Shown one piece after another: positions 38,299 through 47,802 of a stretch of 64,000 nt of DNA. The stretch lies in the sequence record DRR378314_409; one strand, 5' to 3'. The notes beneath the pieces are model-generated. The model saw only the letters and a program-made list of their open reading frames with translations, searched no databases and was not told the DNA's origin. The first letter of the stretch is position 1. Each line of letters begins with the position of its first letter. A program made the position numbers and the translations under genes.

Positions 38299-39639
38299 AT
38301 GATTTCCAGTTTGGGCTCAAAGAGTGCTCGAAAGTTAGTGGCAACGAGTGCACTGGCAGCCATTTTGGCGAGCGCTTCCATTTTATCACCAGCTGTTGCA
38401 GCATCATTGAAAGATGCAGTCCAGACAACGGTTAATAGCTATCCTGAAATCGGCGAGGCATCTGCCAATCGTCGGGCCATTGATCAGGAACTTGAGCAAG
38501 CACACGGACTATATTACCCATCTGTTGACCTGGCTCTAGGGGGCGGTAAAGAATGGACGGATACGGTCACCATTGATGATGAGTGGTTGACCCGGACCGA
38601 AAGTAGTCTCTCACTTTCACAGACATTGCTGGATGGCGGTGCACGATCTGCCGAGGTTGATCGGCAATCCAGTCGGGTTGATGGCGCGGCGTATCGGGTG
38701 CGGGAGCGGGCTGAAGCTATCAGCCTTGATGCAGTGCAGGCTTATCTTGATGTTTTGAGAAACCAGGAAATTGTGAGCCTGGCTCAGGAAAATCTGGAAA
38801 TTCACAAACAGACACTTTCTGAAATCAGTGACCGTGTTGATGCCGGACAAAGTGGTGTTGGGGATGCTCAGCAGACCGACGCCCGCGTAGCTGCTGCCGA
38901 AGCAACTGTTGCCGAGACATTACGTCAGCTTGATGCTTCCGAAATCGCATATCGTCGCTTGGTCGGTGAATCGCCAGTAGATTTAACGCAGCCAGCTTTT
39001 AATGATGGCGTTCTTCCAGAGCAACTTGAAGATATTGTTGCAATCGGTCTGGAAAGTAATCCGGATGTGCGCTTTGCCAAGGCCGATGTAAACACAGCGG
39101 ATGCGGAAATTCGCGCAGCTGAAGCAAATTTCTATCCAACAGTTGCCCTGGAGCTGGATGCTAGCGCTGACAATGATATTGACGGTGTCGAGGGTCACAA
39201 TGATGACTTCACTGCAATGGTACGACTGCGCTACAATCTTTACAGAGGTGGGATTGACGTTGGACGTCAGCAAGAAGCGATCGAAAGAAGCGCGGAAAGC
39301 AAGCAGCGTCAGGCTCGTTTTGAGCGTTTGGTTGAAGAGGAAATCCGTCAAGGTTGGAGTATAATGGCCCGGTCCAAAGCTCGTGCTGCCGCACTGGGGG
39401 ATCAGGTTGTTGCGAATGGACAGGTTGCATCAACCTATCGTCAGGAATTCCAGATTGGTCAACGTGATCTTCTCGACATGTTGGATGCCGATAATGAACT
39501 ATTCAACTCACGAACTGCCTTGGCAACCGTTGAATATGCGGTTTTGTTCTCAAAATATAGATTGCTTGCGACTATGGGCCGTTTGAACAGCACGCTCGGC
39601 GTAGTTTTGCCAGAAGAAGCTCTACCTGGTCGGAACTAA
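38299..39639 (+). CDS. TolC-family T1SS outer membrane protein (LapE-like)
   Basis: Signal peptide; YYPSVDL, Q.L.DGG, YLDVL, YNLYRGG, Y..EF.IGQR.LLD.LDA.NE. Confidence 0.92.
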   Translation: MISSLGSKSARKLVATSALAAILASASILSPAVAASLKDAVQTTVNSYPEIGEASANRRAIDQELEQAHGLYYPSVDLALGGGKEWTDTVTIDDEWLTRTESSLSLSQTLLDGGARSAEVDRQSSRVDGAAYRVRERAEAISLDAVQAYLDVLRNQEIVSLAQENLEIHKQTLSEISDRVDAGQSGVGDAQQTDARVAAAEATVAETLRQLDASEIAYRRLVGESPVDLTQPAFNDGVLPEQLEDIVAIGLESNPDVRFAKADVNTADAEIRAAEANFYPTVALELDASADNDIDGVEGHNDDFTAMVRLRYNLYRGGIDVGRQQEAIERSAESKQRQARFERLVEEEIRQGWSIMARSKARAAALGDQVVANGQVASTYRQEFQIGQRDLLDMLDADNELFNSRTALATVEYAVLFSKYRLLATMGRLNSTLGVVLPEEALPGRN

Positions 39640-39658
39640 TTCAACGATTACTTAATTT

Positions 39659-39689
39659 AAAAGCCTCGCAGTTTTGCGAGGCTTTTTTT
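39659..39689. terminator. Bidirectional intrinsic terminator between tolC and lapG
   Basis: AAAAGCCTCGCA-loop-TGCGAGGCTTTT with flanking A and T runs. Confidence 0.85.
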
Positions 39690-39704
39690 ATTGGAAAAGC
39701 TGGT

Positions 39705-40340
39705 TCAGGTTGGTTTGTAACGCCACCAGCCTTTTTCGTTCAGGGCATATATGGGACGGTAATGGCGAATTCGCTTTGCGTCAATAACGAGACCAATCTG
39801 ATTGTCCAGAACCATCTTTTTATTTTCAAAATTGACCGTGAGTATGGCGTGGGCAATTCTAAGGTTCATGTCCTGCAGAACAATGATTTTCATGTCATCC
39901 GCACTCCAGCCGAGTGCACGCAGAGTGAAATATTTAACAATTGCGTAGTCTTCACAATCCCCAAATTTGGCAAAAAACTCTTTAGGGATCTCCCAGTAAT
40001 CCTTGATACCCCAATTGATGGGGTCCAGTATATATCGGTAGAGATTTAGATATGAGTTGACCTTGGCGAGTTGAAATTTTTTGGGTTGATCTTTCAGCTG
40101 GTCGATCAGCTCTTTCCACTTGTCATAAGCACAAGCGTTCAACTGACCGCTCCCACAGGGACCGGGTTCATTTTTGTAAGAATTCAAAACCTTGCGCCAT
40201 TTGGGGAACGGCTTCAGGTCCGTATGAGTGTAGGCCTTGAAGCCGAAAATATCCGGGCTTTCCGCTGAAGCATGCGGGGGACTGAAAATGAGACATCCCA
40301 GTATTAAAGACGCTTTCAGTAATGTTTTCATACTTGCCAC
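39705..40340 (-). CDS. LapG-family transglutaminase-like cysteine peptidase (BTLCP/C93), canonical
   Basis: Signal peptide; DYWEIPKEF, GDCEDYAIVKY..L...G, AHAIL, VLDN (Cys-His-Asp triad intact). Confidence 0.93.
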   Translation of the reverse strand: MASMKTLLKASLILGCLIFSPPHASAESPDIFGFKAYTHTDLKPFPKWRKVLNSYKNEPGPCGSGQLNACAYDKWKELIDQLKDQPKKFQLAKVNSYLNLYRYILDPINWGIKDYWEIPKEFFAKFGDCEDYAIVKYFTLRALGWSADDMKIIVLQDMNLRIAHAILTVNFENKKMVLDNQIGLVIDAKRIRHYRPIYALNEKGWWRYKPT

Positions 40341-40513
40341 AAGTTAAGATGGGTTGCCATTTCCAAGCAAATCTAGACGTAAAATGGAAAATTCATTCTA
40401 ATAGTCGTCTAAAAAGGTAAACAACCATTAACTCTCTATTTAAAAACTTATGAAATTATTGTGAGTTAAAAGCTAACCCGTTACAATACATAAATTTTTG
40501 ACGACCGGCGTCA

Positions 40514-42640
40514 GTGACACAGGAAGCAGTAATGTCTGATATCAACGAAGAAATCAGTGCGACAAAGCGAACCCATAAAGTCATTTGGTTTGCATTTATT
40601 CTGCTATTTGCCGTCGTCGTTGGCGGCGTATGGGGAACGATTTCTTTCGTTAATCAACAGCGCGAGCGGGACCTTCAGAATTGGGAAATCCGTCTTGGCA
40701 TTGTTGCTGATAGCCGCCTTGCCAGTGTTGAAGAGTGGCTGGCCAAGCAAAAAGACGCAATTCTTTCTTTGGCTGAAAACGAAAGTCTTCAAGTCTATTT
40801 AACACAGTTGGTGATCGATACAGAAGACAACGGATCAAGAATAGAAGAGGTCCCCGAAGCTGGTTATCTGACAAATCTTTTAAATAATCATGCGGTCATC
40901 AGCGGGTTCTGGGAAGCGCCGGAACCGGAAATTCGAGCGAATGTTGCAAGACCGGGAAAAGCAGGCATTGCGCTAACCGATGCTACTGGAAAGCTGCTTG
41001 TCTCCAGTGGCAATATGCCTCCGATGACACCGGAAATCCGTGCAGCAATGGCGGAAGCGGACAGTGGGGTTTCAGCCGTTATTGATGCGTATGAAGGATT
41101 GGATGGCGAGCCGATCATGGGCTTTGTACAACCGGTCTATGCAATTCAGCAAGATAGTGACGCGGAAAATATTATTGGCTTTATTGTCGGTGTGCGAACA
41201 ATAGGGAGATCTTTGTTCCCCCGGTTGTTTCAACCAGGAGATACGCATCAAACCAGTGAGACATATCTTGTTCGGCAGAATGGAAACCTTACAGAATATG
41301 TTTCGCCGTTGGCGGATGGGACAGGTCCACTGAAGCGCCGCCTGACAACGGATGATGGCCGCGCGGCCTCTTTCGTGATAAGCAAACCCGGTGCGTTTGC
41401 AACCAAGTTTAATTATCTTGGAGATGAGGTTCTGGTCACCGGGCGCGCTGTTACCGGCGCCCCTTGGTATCTGGTGCGAAGCATTACTACTTTTGAGGCT
41501 CTGTCAGAATCCAAAGATCGCCTGAACACCATGTTAGGCGTGTTCCTGCTGCTGATCCTAGGTGTTACCGGGACGGTCGTTGCGGTTTGGCGGCATGGTA
41601 CATCCATTCGAGCTGCAGAACTTGCTGAAAAATATAAGAAAACCGCCGATGATTTACAGGAACAGTCTAATTTTTTGAATGTCGTGACCGATAGCCAGCC
41701 GACGGGTATTGCTGTTTTCAGTGATCGGAACCGATTTACTTTTGCAAACAAAGTCGCGGCAGATGCGGTGGAAATGCCTAAAGACGCTGTTGTCGGACGG
41801 CGGATTACAACTGTCTATCCTCCTGAGGTTGCGGAACAGATCCAGGAAATGTTGCATGAAGCGGGAAAAGATAATCAAAACAAGAGCCAGCTTATTGAAG
41901 TTCTGCAAGGTGACGAAGATCATATCTGGAAATCCGATGTTATTCCCCTTGGTGCGGGCAGAGATCAAATCAATAACTTTCTTGCGGTTTTCCAAGACAT
42001 TACAGATGTTGTAAATGAACGCGAGCAGCGTGAAGCGGTTCTTCGAAATCTTGTTTCCACTCTGGTTGCCTTTTTGGATCGGCGTGATCCATATTCTGCC
42101 AACCAATCTTCGAGGGTGGCGGAGGTTGGGGTTGCGATTGCAGAGGAATTAGGCAGTGCAGAACGTGTTATTCGCACCGTCGATATTACAGGTAATCTTA
42201 TGAACCTTGGTAAGATCCTGGTGCCGACTGAAATTCTCACCAAGGCTGGCGATTTGACAGCAGATGAAATGGAAATTGTCCGGGATAGTTTGTTTGCAAG
42301 TGCAGATCTATTGGACGATGTGAAGTTTAACCTACCGGTGACTGAAACTCTCCGTCAGCTTCAGGAACGATGGGATGGGACTGGTAAACCACGGGGCTTG
42401 AAAGAGGCTGCAATTAATGAAGCTGCTCGCATTATCATGGTGGCCAACGCTTTTGTTGGTATGGTCAGCCCGCGGGCTTACCGTGATGCCCATGATTTCA
42501 GCAAGGCGGTCACAATTTTGATGGAGGATGCGGACAAGAAATTCGACCGCCGTCCGGTCAGTGCACTGGTCAATTTCTTGGACAATCGTGGGGGAAGAGA
42601 CAAGTGGGCCCACTTCGCCGTTCCTCCTGAAAGCAACTAA
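40514..42640 (+). CDS. Second membrane receptor: TM, periplasmic (Cache-like) domain, TM, PAS, degenerate HD-GYP
   Basis: Two TM helices, PAS, RDPYSANQS, LMNLGK for LHDIGK, QLQERWDGTGKP for HHERxDGxGYP, SPRAYR. Confidence 0.85.
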   Translation: MTQEAVMSDINEEISATKRTHKVIWFAFILLFAVVVGGVWGTISFVNQQRERDLQNWEIRLGIVADSRLASVEEWLAKQKDAILSLAENESLQVYLTQLVIDTEDNGSRIEEVPEAGYLTNLLNNHAVISGFWEAPEPEIRANVARPGKAGIALTDATGKLLVSSGNMPPMTPEIRAAMAEADSGVSAVIDAYEGLDGEPIMGFVQPVYAIQQDSDAENIIGFIVGVRTIGRSLFPRLFQPGDTHQTSETYLVRQNGNLTEYVSPLADGTGPLKRRLTTDDGRAASFVISKPGAFATKFNYLGDEVLVTGRAVTGAPWYLVRSITTFEALSESKDRLNTMLGVFLLLILGVTGTVVAVWRHGTSIRAAELAEKYKKTADDLQEQSNFLNVVTDSQPTGIAVFSDRNRFTFANKVAADAVEMPKDAVVGRRITTVYPPEVAEQIQEMLHEAGKDNQNKSQLIEVLQGDEDHIWKSDVIPLGAGRDQINNFLAVFQDITDVVNEREQREAVLRNLVSTLVAFLDRRDPYSANQSSRVAEVGVAIAEELGSAERVIRTVDITGNLMNLGKILVPTEILTKAGDLTADEMEIVRDSLFASADLLDDVKFNLPVTETLRQLQERWDGTGKPRGLKEAAINEAARIIMVANAFVGMVSPRAYRDAHDFSKAVTILMEDADKKFDRRPVSALVNFLDNRGGRDKWAHFAVPPESN

Positions 42641-42659
42641 TTAACATCTGAAAGTTGAG

Positions 42660-43679
42660 CTAAAGAATAGGGCCGGCCTGTAGAGCGGCCGGGCCCGTCA
42701 GGATGAGTTTAACCAACTCACTTTGTCGACTGGTATCTGTTTTGCGGAAAATCTGACGGAGTTGGGAGCGGACGGTATGCATGCTGACCCCCCATTCTTC
42801 AGCAAGGTCATCCAGCTTGCTGCCATTTGTCAATCCGAGCGCCAGTCGTCCTTCTGCAGGGGTTAAAGCATAAAGGCGGCAAATTGTGTCAATGGACAGC
42901 TCAACCGCCTCGCTTGGATCGGAAATAAAGAGAACAGCGCCTTTTCCAGCTACACCTGTTCCAATAGGCGCCACCATGACAGTCAGCGCGGTATCACTGT
43001 CTTCGCGTGATACGGACATGGAAAAATCGCTTTCCATGTTTTCACCTTCGGCAGATAACGCATTTTCCAACAATTCGGTAAGTTGTTTATTTTCTTTAAC
43101 GTTGCTGGCCCGACAGACGCGATTGCTATCCAAAAGGAGCCCGTCTTTTCGATCCAGAAATGCTTTTGCCTTCCCGTTCAAAAACAGAACTCTGGAAGCT
43201 GACGTCACCAAAATAACGCCAAGTGGCAGCCTGTTAAGGACAGCCGTTGCAGATTCAAGCAACGGTGTCGTGTCGGGCGATCTACCTTGACCGCTTTGGC
43301 GTTCAATTGCACTGATCAGGTTCCGGGCAAGACCATTTGCCGTTAATTGATTTCGGATCAAATAATCCTGTGCACCATTTCGAATAGCAAGCTTTCCAAT
43401 ATTTTCTTCATCATCGGTCAGCAGAACAACAGGTGTTTCGGGGAAAACGGAGCGAAGTGATTTTAAGGTTTCAAAATCGGTATCGCCCGTACTATCAGCG
43501 TCTAATAGCACCACATTCGCGTTTGCGAGGCTGCGTTGATTAAGCACTGCATCTGCATCGGGCAGGTGCATAAGTTCCAAAATCGGCTTGGTGACATTTG
43601 AAATCAGCCAGCTGAGTTGCTGTGCATCACCTTCTTTTCGTCCGATGAAAAGAATTTTACAGGTCGGTGCATCGTTCAT
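42660..43679 (-). CDS. Atypical receiver, PAS-like and LuxR HTH transcriptional regulator
   Basis: REC fold (VVLLD, PVVLLT, GAQDYL), PLGVILV PAS-like segment, LTPAE...G...TVRSQL.QIF.KT...RQ.ELV. Confidence 0.88.
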   Translation of the reverse strand: MNDAPTCKILFIGRKEGDAQQLSWLISNVTKPILELMHLPDADAVLNQRSLANANVVLLDADSTGDTDFETLKSLRSVFPETPVVLLTDDEENIGKLAIRNGAQDYLIRNQLTANGLARNLISAIERQSGQGRSPDTTPLLESATAVLNRLPLGVILVTSASRVLFLNGKAKAFLDRKDGLLLDSNRVCRASNVKENKQLTELLENALSAEGENMESDFSMSVSREDSDTALTVMVAPIGTGVAGKGAVLFISDPSEAVELSIDTICRLYALTPAEGRLALGLTNGSKLDDLAEEWGVSMHTVRSQLRQIFRKTDTSRQSELVKLILTGPAALQAGPIL

Positions 43680-43943
43680 CTGGCGTTAGTGCTCCAATAT
43701 CTTCTATAACAACCTTGCCCTACTGAATTCTGGGACTAGTTTGTTCGGAAACTACTGCTGGTTCTTATGAGTGAAATGGCGATCAAAAGTGCAAATTAGA
43801 GTGTTGGCTTTGCCAGCCGCTATTTCACCGATAGCCAAAGCTACTTGAAGAATAGTAACAAAATCGTTTCTTTTTGGTGCGGTGTCTTTAAAAATTTAGA
43901 GGTTGTGGCTTATGAGCCATATAAACTATTGGGTTGAGATAAA

Positions 43944-44513
43944 TTGGTGAAACAACATAAATACATAGCCTTTAACAAACCTTATGGAGTGCTGAGTCAA
44001 TTTACAAGTGAAGGTGGCCATCCAGGACTCAAAGGGTTTGACCTTCCCCCCGAAGTGTATCCAGTTGGTCGGCTGGATCGTGACAGCGAAGGGCTCCTTC
44101 TGCTCAGCAATGATGGACGCTTCATAAAACAATTGCTGGATCCCAAATTCCATCATCCCCGAACATATTGGGTCCAGGTGGAAGGGGAGCCAACAGATGA
44201 TAAGCTGAAGACACTTTCGGCCGGAGTGATGATCCAAGGATATCGAACGAAACCCTGTGAGGTGGTCGTTCTCGACCCGCAACCCCAAATCGCAGAGAGA
44301 GAACCGCCAATTCGATTTCGGAAATCCATACCAACAACATGGGTCGAACTGACTTTGACGGAAGGCAAAAACCGACAAGTCAGGCGTATGACCGCTGCCG
44401 TCGGATATCCCACGCTTCGATTAATTCGAAAAAAAATCGGCTCATTGGAGTTGCCAAATCTGGGAGAAGGGGCATATCTGGAAGTGCGAAAAGAGGATAT
44501 CCTGCCAAGGTGA
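43944..44513 (+). CDS. rluE: RsuA-family pseudouridine synthase (RluE-like)
   Basis: FNKPYGVLSQF, GRLDRDSEGLLLL, PPIRFRK.IP, EGKNRQVRRMTAAVGYPTLRLIR. Confidence 0.85.
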   Translation: MVKQHKYIAFNKPYGVLSQFTSEGGHPGLKGFDLPPEVYPVGRLDRDSEGLLLLSNDGRFIKQLLDPKFHHPRTYWVQVEGEPTDDKLKTLSAGVMIQGYRTKPCEVVVLDPQPQIAEREPPIRFRKSIPTTWVELTLTEGKNRQVRRMTAAVGYPTLRLIRKKIGSLELPNLGEGAYLEVRKEDILPR

Positions 44514-44589
44514 TGGATGGAGTGGAGTTTGGCGGATACCCTCTCTTGCAATCAGAACCGAAGCTCTGATTTTCTCTGTCTTAGTTATC

Positions 44590-45414
44590 TTAGTGTGCGA
44601 ATAGTATCGGCGCTGTCATATGCTTTAAAATCTCTTGTGTCGCGCCACCAAGAATCATCTCCCGAAGGCGGCTGTGCCCATAAGCACCCATCACGAGCAT
44701 ATCCGCATCCTGATCAACCAAAGTGTCAAGCAGCGCGTTCCCAACCCCGATATCTTTCCAATGTCCAACCTTCATGGTCGCTTCCACATCGTGGCGTTTC
44801 AGGTGTGCAATAATAGCGGCATTCTCGTTAGTTTCGTCCTTGTCTGGATTGACACTGAGCAAGGTTACTTTTTCAGCAGCTTTCAGGAATGGAAGGGCAT
44901 AATGCACTGCTTTGGCGGCTTCGCGGGTGTTGTTCCAGCCAACCAAGACATGTTTGCCAAAGTTTGAAAAATTTCCAGCATAGGGGACAGCCAAAACCGG
45001 TTGTGGACAGGAGACGACCAGCTCATCCGCTAGATATTGATATTGTGAACCTTTTTCATCATCAGAATCAATTTGTCCAATAACCACCAAGTCCACGGCC
45101 AGTGCGTTTTTGTTGATAATGTCGAGGGCATATCCCTCTTCAACCACGGTCTCAAGCGGTACATTTACTTTAGCGGCAGCATCTTTTATTTTTTCAACAG
45201 CTTCCTCTGCAGCTTTGGTTTCAACCGCACGTGTCTGCTCGATCAGCTCTGGTGGGATATATCCCATAAAGGAAGTTGGCGGTGTCGCCGGCAAAATGGA
45301 GTAAACAGCCTTAATAGAGGCGTTATTTTCTGTCGCCAAACCAAGGGCGACTGAAATGGACTTCTCTAAAGCGTCTGTATTTGTTAAATGTAACAGGATA
45401 GTTTTGATTGTCAT
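44590..45414 (-). CDS. Tandem universal stress protein
   Basis: IKTILLHL, DLVVIGQ, VLVGWN..REA..A, DMLVMGAYGHSRLREMILGG; ATG 45414 with GAGGAG upstream. Confidence 0.92.
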   Translation of the reverse strand: MTIKTILLHLTNTDALEKSISVALGLATENNASIKAVYSILPATPPTSFMGYIPPELIEQTRAVETKAAEEAVEKIKDAAAKVNVPLETVVEEGYALDIINKNALAVDLVVIGQIDSDDEKGSQYQYLADELVVSCPQPVLAVPYAGNFSNFGKHVLVGWNNTREAAKAVHYALPFLKAAEKVTLLSVNPDKDETNENAAIIAHLKRHDVEATMKVGHWKDIGVGNALLDTLVDQDADMLVMGAYGHSRLREMILGGATQEILKHMTAPILFAH

Positions 45415-45479
45415 TATTCCACTCCTCTTATTTTTCCGATCCATTACGTTGACTTTATCAACTTTGATCGTGTTTTGAA

Positions 45480-45493
45480 TTGATCTCAAGCAA
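45480..45493. promoter_or_regulatory. FNR/FixK-like box upstream of the USP gene (putative)
   Basis: TTGATCTCAAGCAA, one mismatch from TTGAT-N4-ATCAA. Confidence 0.45.
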
Positions 45494-45577
45494 TTGGCTA
45501 AATATTTTTCGGCTCTATTATACGGTAAAACGAAATTGGGATTGTTCAAGGGGAGATCGGTCAAGAAGGAAAAAAAT

Positions 45578-46129
45578 ATGGAAGCCCTAGAAGCGTTGCT
45601 TACCAGGAAATCAACACCGCGCCTTTCCGCGCCAGGTCCCGATCAACAGCAGCTGGAACTGCTTATAAAAGCTGCGGTCCGCGCGCCAGATCATGCGGCG
45701 TTAAAGCCCTGGAAATTTGTTGTTTTCGCGGGGGAGGGGTTGGATGATCTAGGTCAGATATTTGCTGACGCCTTGCAGGAAAAGGATCCGGAAATAGCGG
45801 AAACTACTTTGGAAAAGGCGAAAAGCCGCCCTCATCGGGCGCCAATGGTAATCGCTGTACTCGCTAAAGTGACAGAGCATCCAAAGGTTCCCGCAATTGA
45901 ACAGATTTTGTCGGCGGGCTCTGCTGCACAGAATATTCTGATCGCTGCCCATTCCATGGGATTAGCCGGAATATGGCGGACCGGAGATCCCTGCTTTGAT
46001 CCGTTTGTTCGGCAAAAACTGGGGGCATCCGGGGATGATCAGATTGTTGGGTTCCTATATTTAGGAACCGCTGCTGCCATGCCGCCGATACCGGAACTGG
46101 ATGTGCAAGACTTTCTCAAAGTCTGGTAG
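45578..46129 (+). CDS. Nitroreductase family protein (YdjA-like)
   Basis: L.TRKS, RAPDH..L.PW.F, RAP, EQ..S, WRTG, VGFLYLGT; ATG 45578 after AAGGA. Confidence 0.9.
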   Translation: MEALEALLTRKSTPRLSAPGPDQQQLELLIKAAVRAPDHAALKPWKFVVFAGEGLDDLGQIFADALQEKDPEIAETTLEKAKSRPHRAPMVIAVLAKVTEHPKVPAIEQILSAGSAAQNILIAAHSMGLAGIWRTGDPCFDPFVRQKLGASGDDQIVGFLYLGTAAAMPPIPELDVQDFLKVW

Positions 46130-46245
46130 ATTTCAGATAATGTGTCTTGTGGATTGGGTTGCTATTGCTAAGTGTGCAAAGCATTTGATATTGTCTTTTT
46201 CAGAAATCGTGATTACATCCCCTAAAATAACAACTGGAGTATTTT

Positions 46246-46821
46246 GTGACTGACTTTAAAAGAATTGCAGCGGGTTTGATTGTATCTGTTGGGCTAGGAC
46301 TGTCTGTTTTCGGAGCAGGCCTTGTAAATGCCCAAGAGGAAATTCCTGTCGCAAAAGCAGCAGTCGTTGATGTAAATAAGGTACTGGTCTCCTCAAACGC
46401 TTGGAAACAGGCCGAAGAGAAGATGAAGCAGCAGGTTCAATCTGTTCGCGACCAGATTGAGCAGAGCAATAATAGCTTGAAAGAAAAAGCGGCTGAGCTA
46501 AAACGCCAGCAGGCGATCCTGGCACCAGATGTGTTTCAGCAAAAAGCGGCTGCCTTGCAACAGGAACAGCGTCAGTTGCAACGGCAAATGCAGGCCACTA
46601 ACAGCAAGCTGAACGAAACGCTTCAAAGAGTTCGGGGGCAGCTCAAATCTTTAATTGTGAAGATCTCTGTGGATGTTGCATCTGAAAAGGGCATGAATAT
46701 CGGTTTCGATAAGGCGAATGTTATCTTCTTCAAAGATAGCATTGATATTACTGAGAGTGTTCTTGAAAAATTTAATGCTGCCAAGATTGAGATTTCAAAC
46801 GAACCAGCGAAACAGAACTAA
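46246..46821 (+). CDS. OmpH/Skp family periplasmic chaperone
   Basis: Signal peptide, AVVDV.KVL..S, long Gln/Lys coiled coil, IDIT..VL. Confidence 0.8.
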   Translation: MTDFKRIAAGLIVSVGLGLSVFGAGLVNAQEEIPVAKAAVVDVNKVLVSSNAWKQAEEKMKQQVQSVRDQIEQSNNSLKEKAAELKRQQAILAPDVFQQKAAALQQEQRQLQRQMQATNSKLNETLQRVRGQLKSLIVKISVDVASEKGMNIGFDKANVIFFKDSIDITESVLEKFNAAKIEISNEPAKQN

Positions 46822-46834
46822 TTTTTCCTCATTA

Positions 46835-47800
46835 TTATAACTGAGCCAGAAGCTGCTCTTTTAAGGCGTCATCACAAAAGGCGCTTTGGATCGCGTTTCG
46901 GGTAATTTGTGCCAGATCTAAATCTGTCCAGCCAAAGGCAGCTGCTGTTCGTTCATATTCCTGACCAACAGAAGTTGCAAAAAAAGGCGGATCGTCTGAG
47001 CTGAGTGTAATTATACAACCCATTTTTTTTAACCGGTTAATTGGATGTGAGAGGTAATTTTTATATAAACCTGTTGAGATGTTGCTGCCTGGGCAAAGTT
47101 CCAGCGGGACTTGACGCTCTGCCAACTCAGATATCAGATCAGGATCCTCAATGGCACGAACCCCGTGCCCGATGCGCTTGACCGGTAAATTATCAAGGGT
47201 TGCGCGAATGCTTTCAGGGCCCCCAAATTCCCCGGCATGATTTGTTGTTGATAAGCCTGATTGATCGACAAGATCAAAAGCTGGTTTGAAGTCAACAGGG
47301 TGATATTGAGCTTCATCGCCGCCCATTCCAAAACCAACCACATAGGGATGCGGGTTTTGAATGACCTGTTTGGCAACTGAAAGGGCTTTTTCTGGACCGA
47401 GGTGGCGAACACAGGTCACAATTATTCTGCATTCAATACCAAAATCTTTTTTTGCATCATCAATTCCGGCTGCAATACCGTCTAAATGCTGCTGATAAGT
47501 CATGCCAGCATTGGCCGCATGGTCGGGGGAAGAAAAGGTTTCGACGTAAATGACATTTTCAGCGGCGCATCGCTTTAGGTAGTCATAGGTAACAAGCCGA
47601 TAGTCATCTGCAGATTGAATGGCCGCTGCCGCTTTATCATAACAGCGTAAAAAATCCCAAAAGTCAGACCACTTATATGTCCCATCGGAGGCAAAGGTGG
47701 ATGGGTCAAGTTCCGCCCCGTTTTGGGCGGCCAACTGTCGAACAAGCGCCGGTGTTGCGGACCCTTCCAGATGCAGATGCAGTTCGGCTTTTTTGATCAT
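46835..47800 (-). CDS. add: Adenosine/adenine deaminase
   Basis: KAELHLHLEG, HAGE, RIGHG, LELCPGSN, SDDPPFF. Confidence 0.92.
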   Translation of the reverse strand: MIKKAELHLHLEGSATPALVRQLAAQNGAELDPSTFASDGTYKWSDFWDFLRCYDKAAAAIQSADDYRLVTYDYLKRCAAENVIYVETFSSPDHAANAGMTYQQHLDGIAAGIDDAKKDFGIECRIIVTCVRHLGPEKALSVAKQVIQNPHPYVVGFGMGGDEAQYHPVDFKPAFDLVDQSGLSTTNHAGEFGGPESIRATLDNLPVKRIGHGVRAIEDPDLISELAERQVPLELCPGSNISTGLYKNYLSHPINRLKKMGCIITLSSDDPPFFATSVGQEYERTAAAFGWTDLDLAQITRNAIQSAFCDDALKEQLLAQL

Positions 47801-47802
47801 GA

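Noticed and set aside
31068-42640. HD-GYP proteins as active c-di-GMP phosphodiesterases, or as canonical LapD
   Set aside because: Both lack the HD and HH metal ligands, and neither has GGDEF/EAL domains
43777-43793. TGGCGATCAAAAGTGCA as a sigma-54 promoter
   Set aside because: GG to GC spacing is 11 rather than 10
45449-45461. TTGACTTTATCAA as an FNR box
   Set aside because: Half-site spacing is one base short
45415-45577. Extended overlapping N-termini of the USP and nitroreductase in the ORF track
   Set aside because: Downstream ATGs have good RBSs and match family starts; the interval is better read as a divergent promoter
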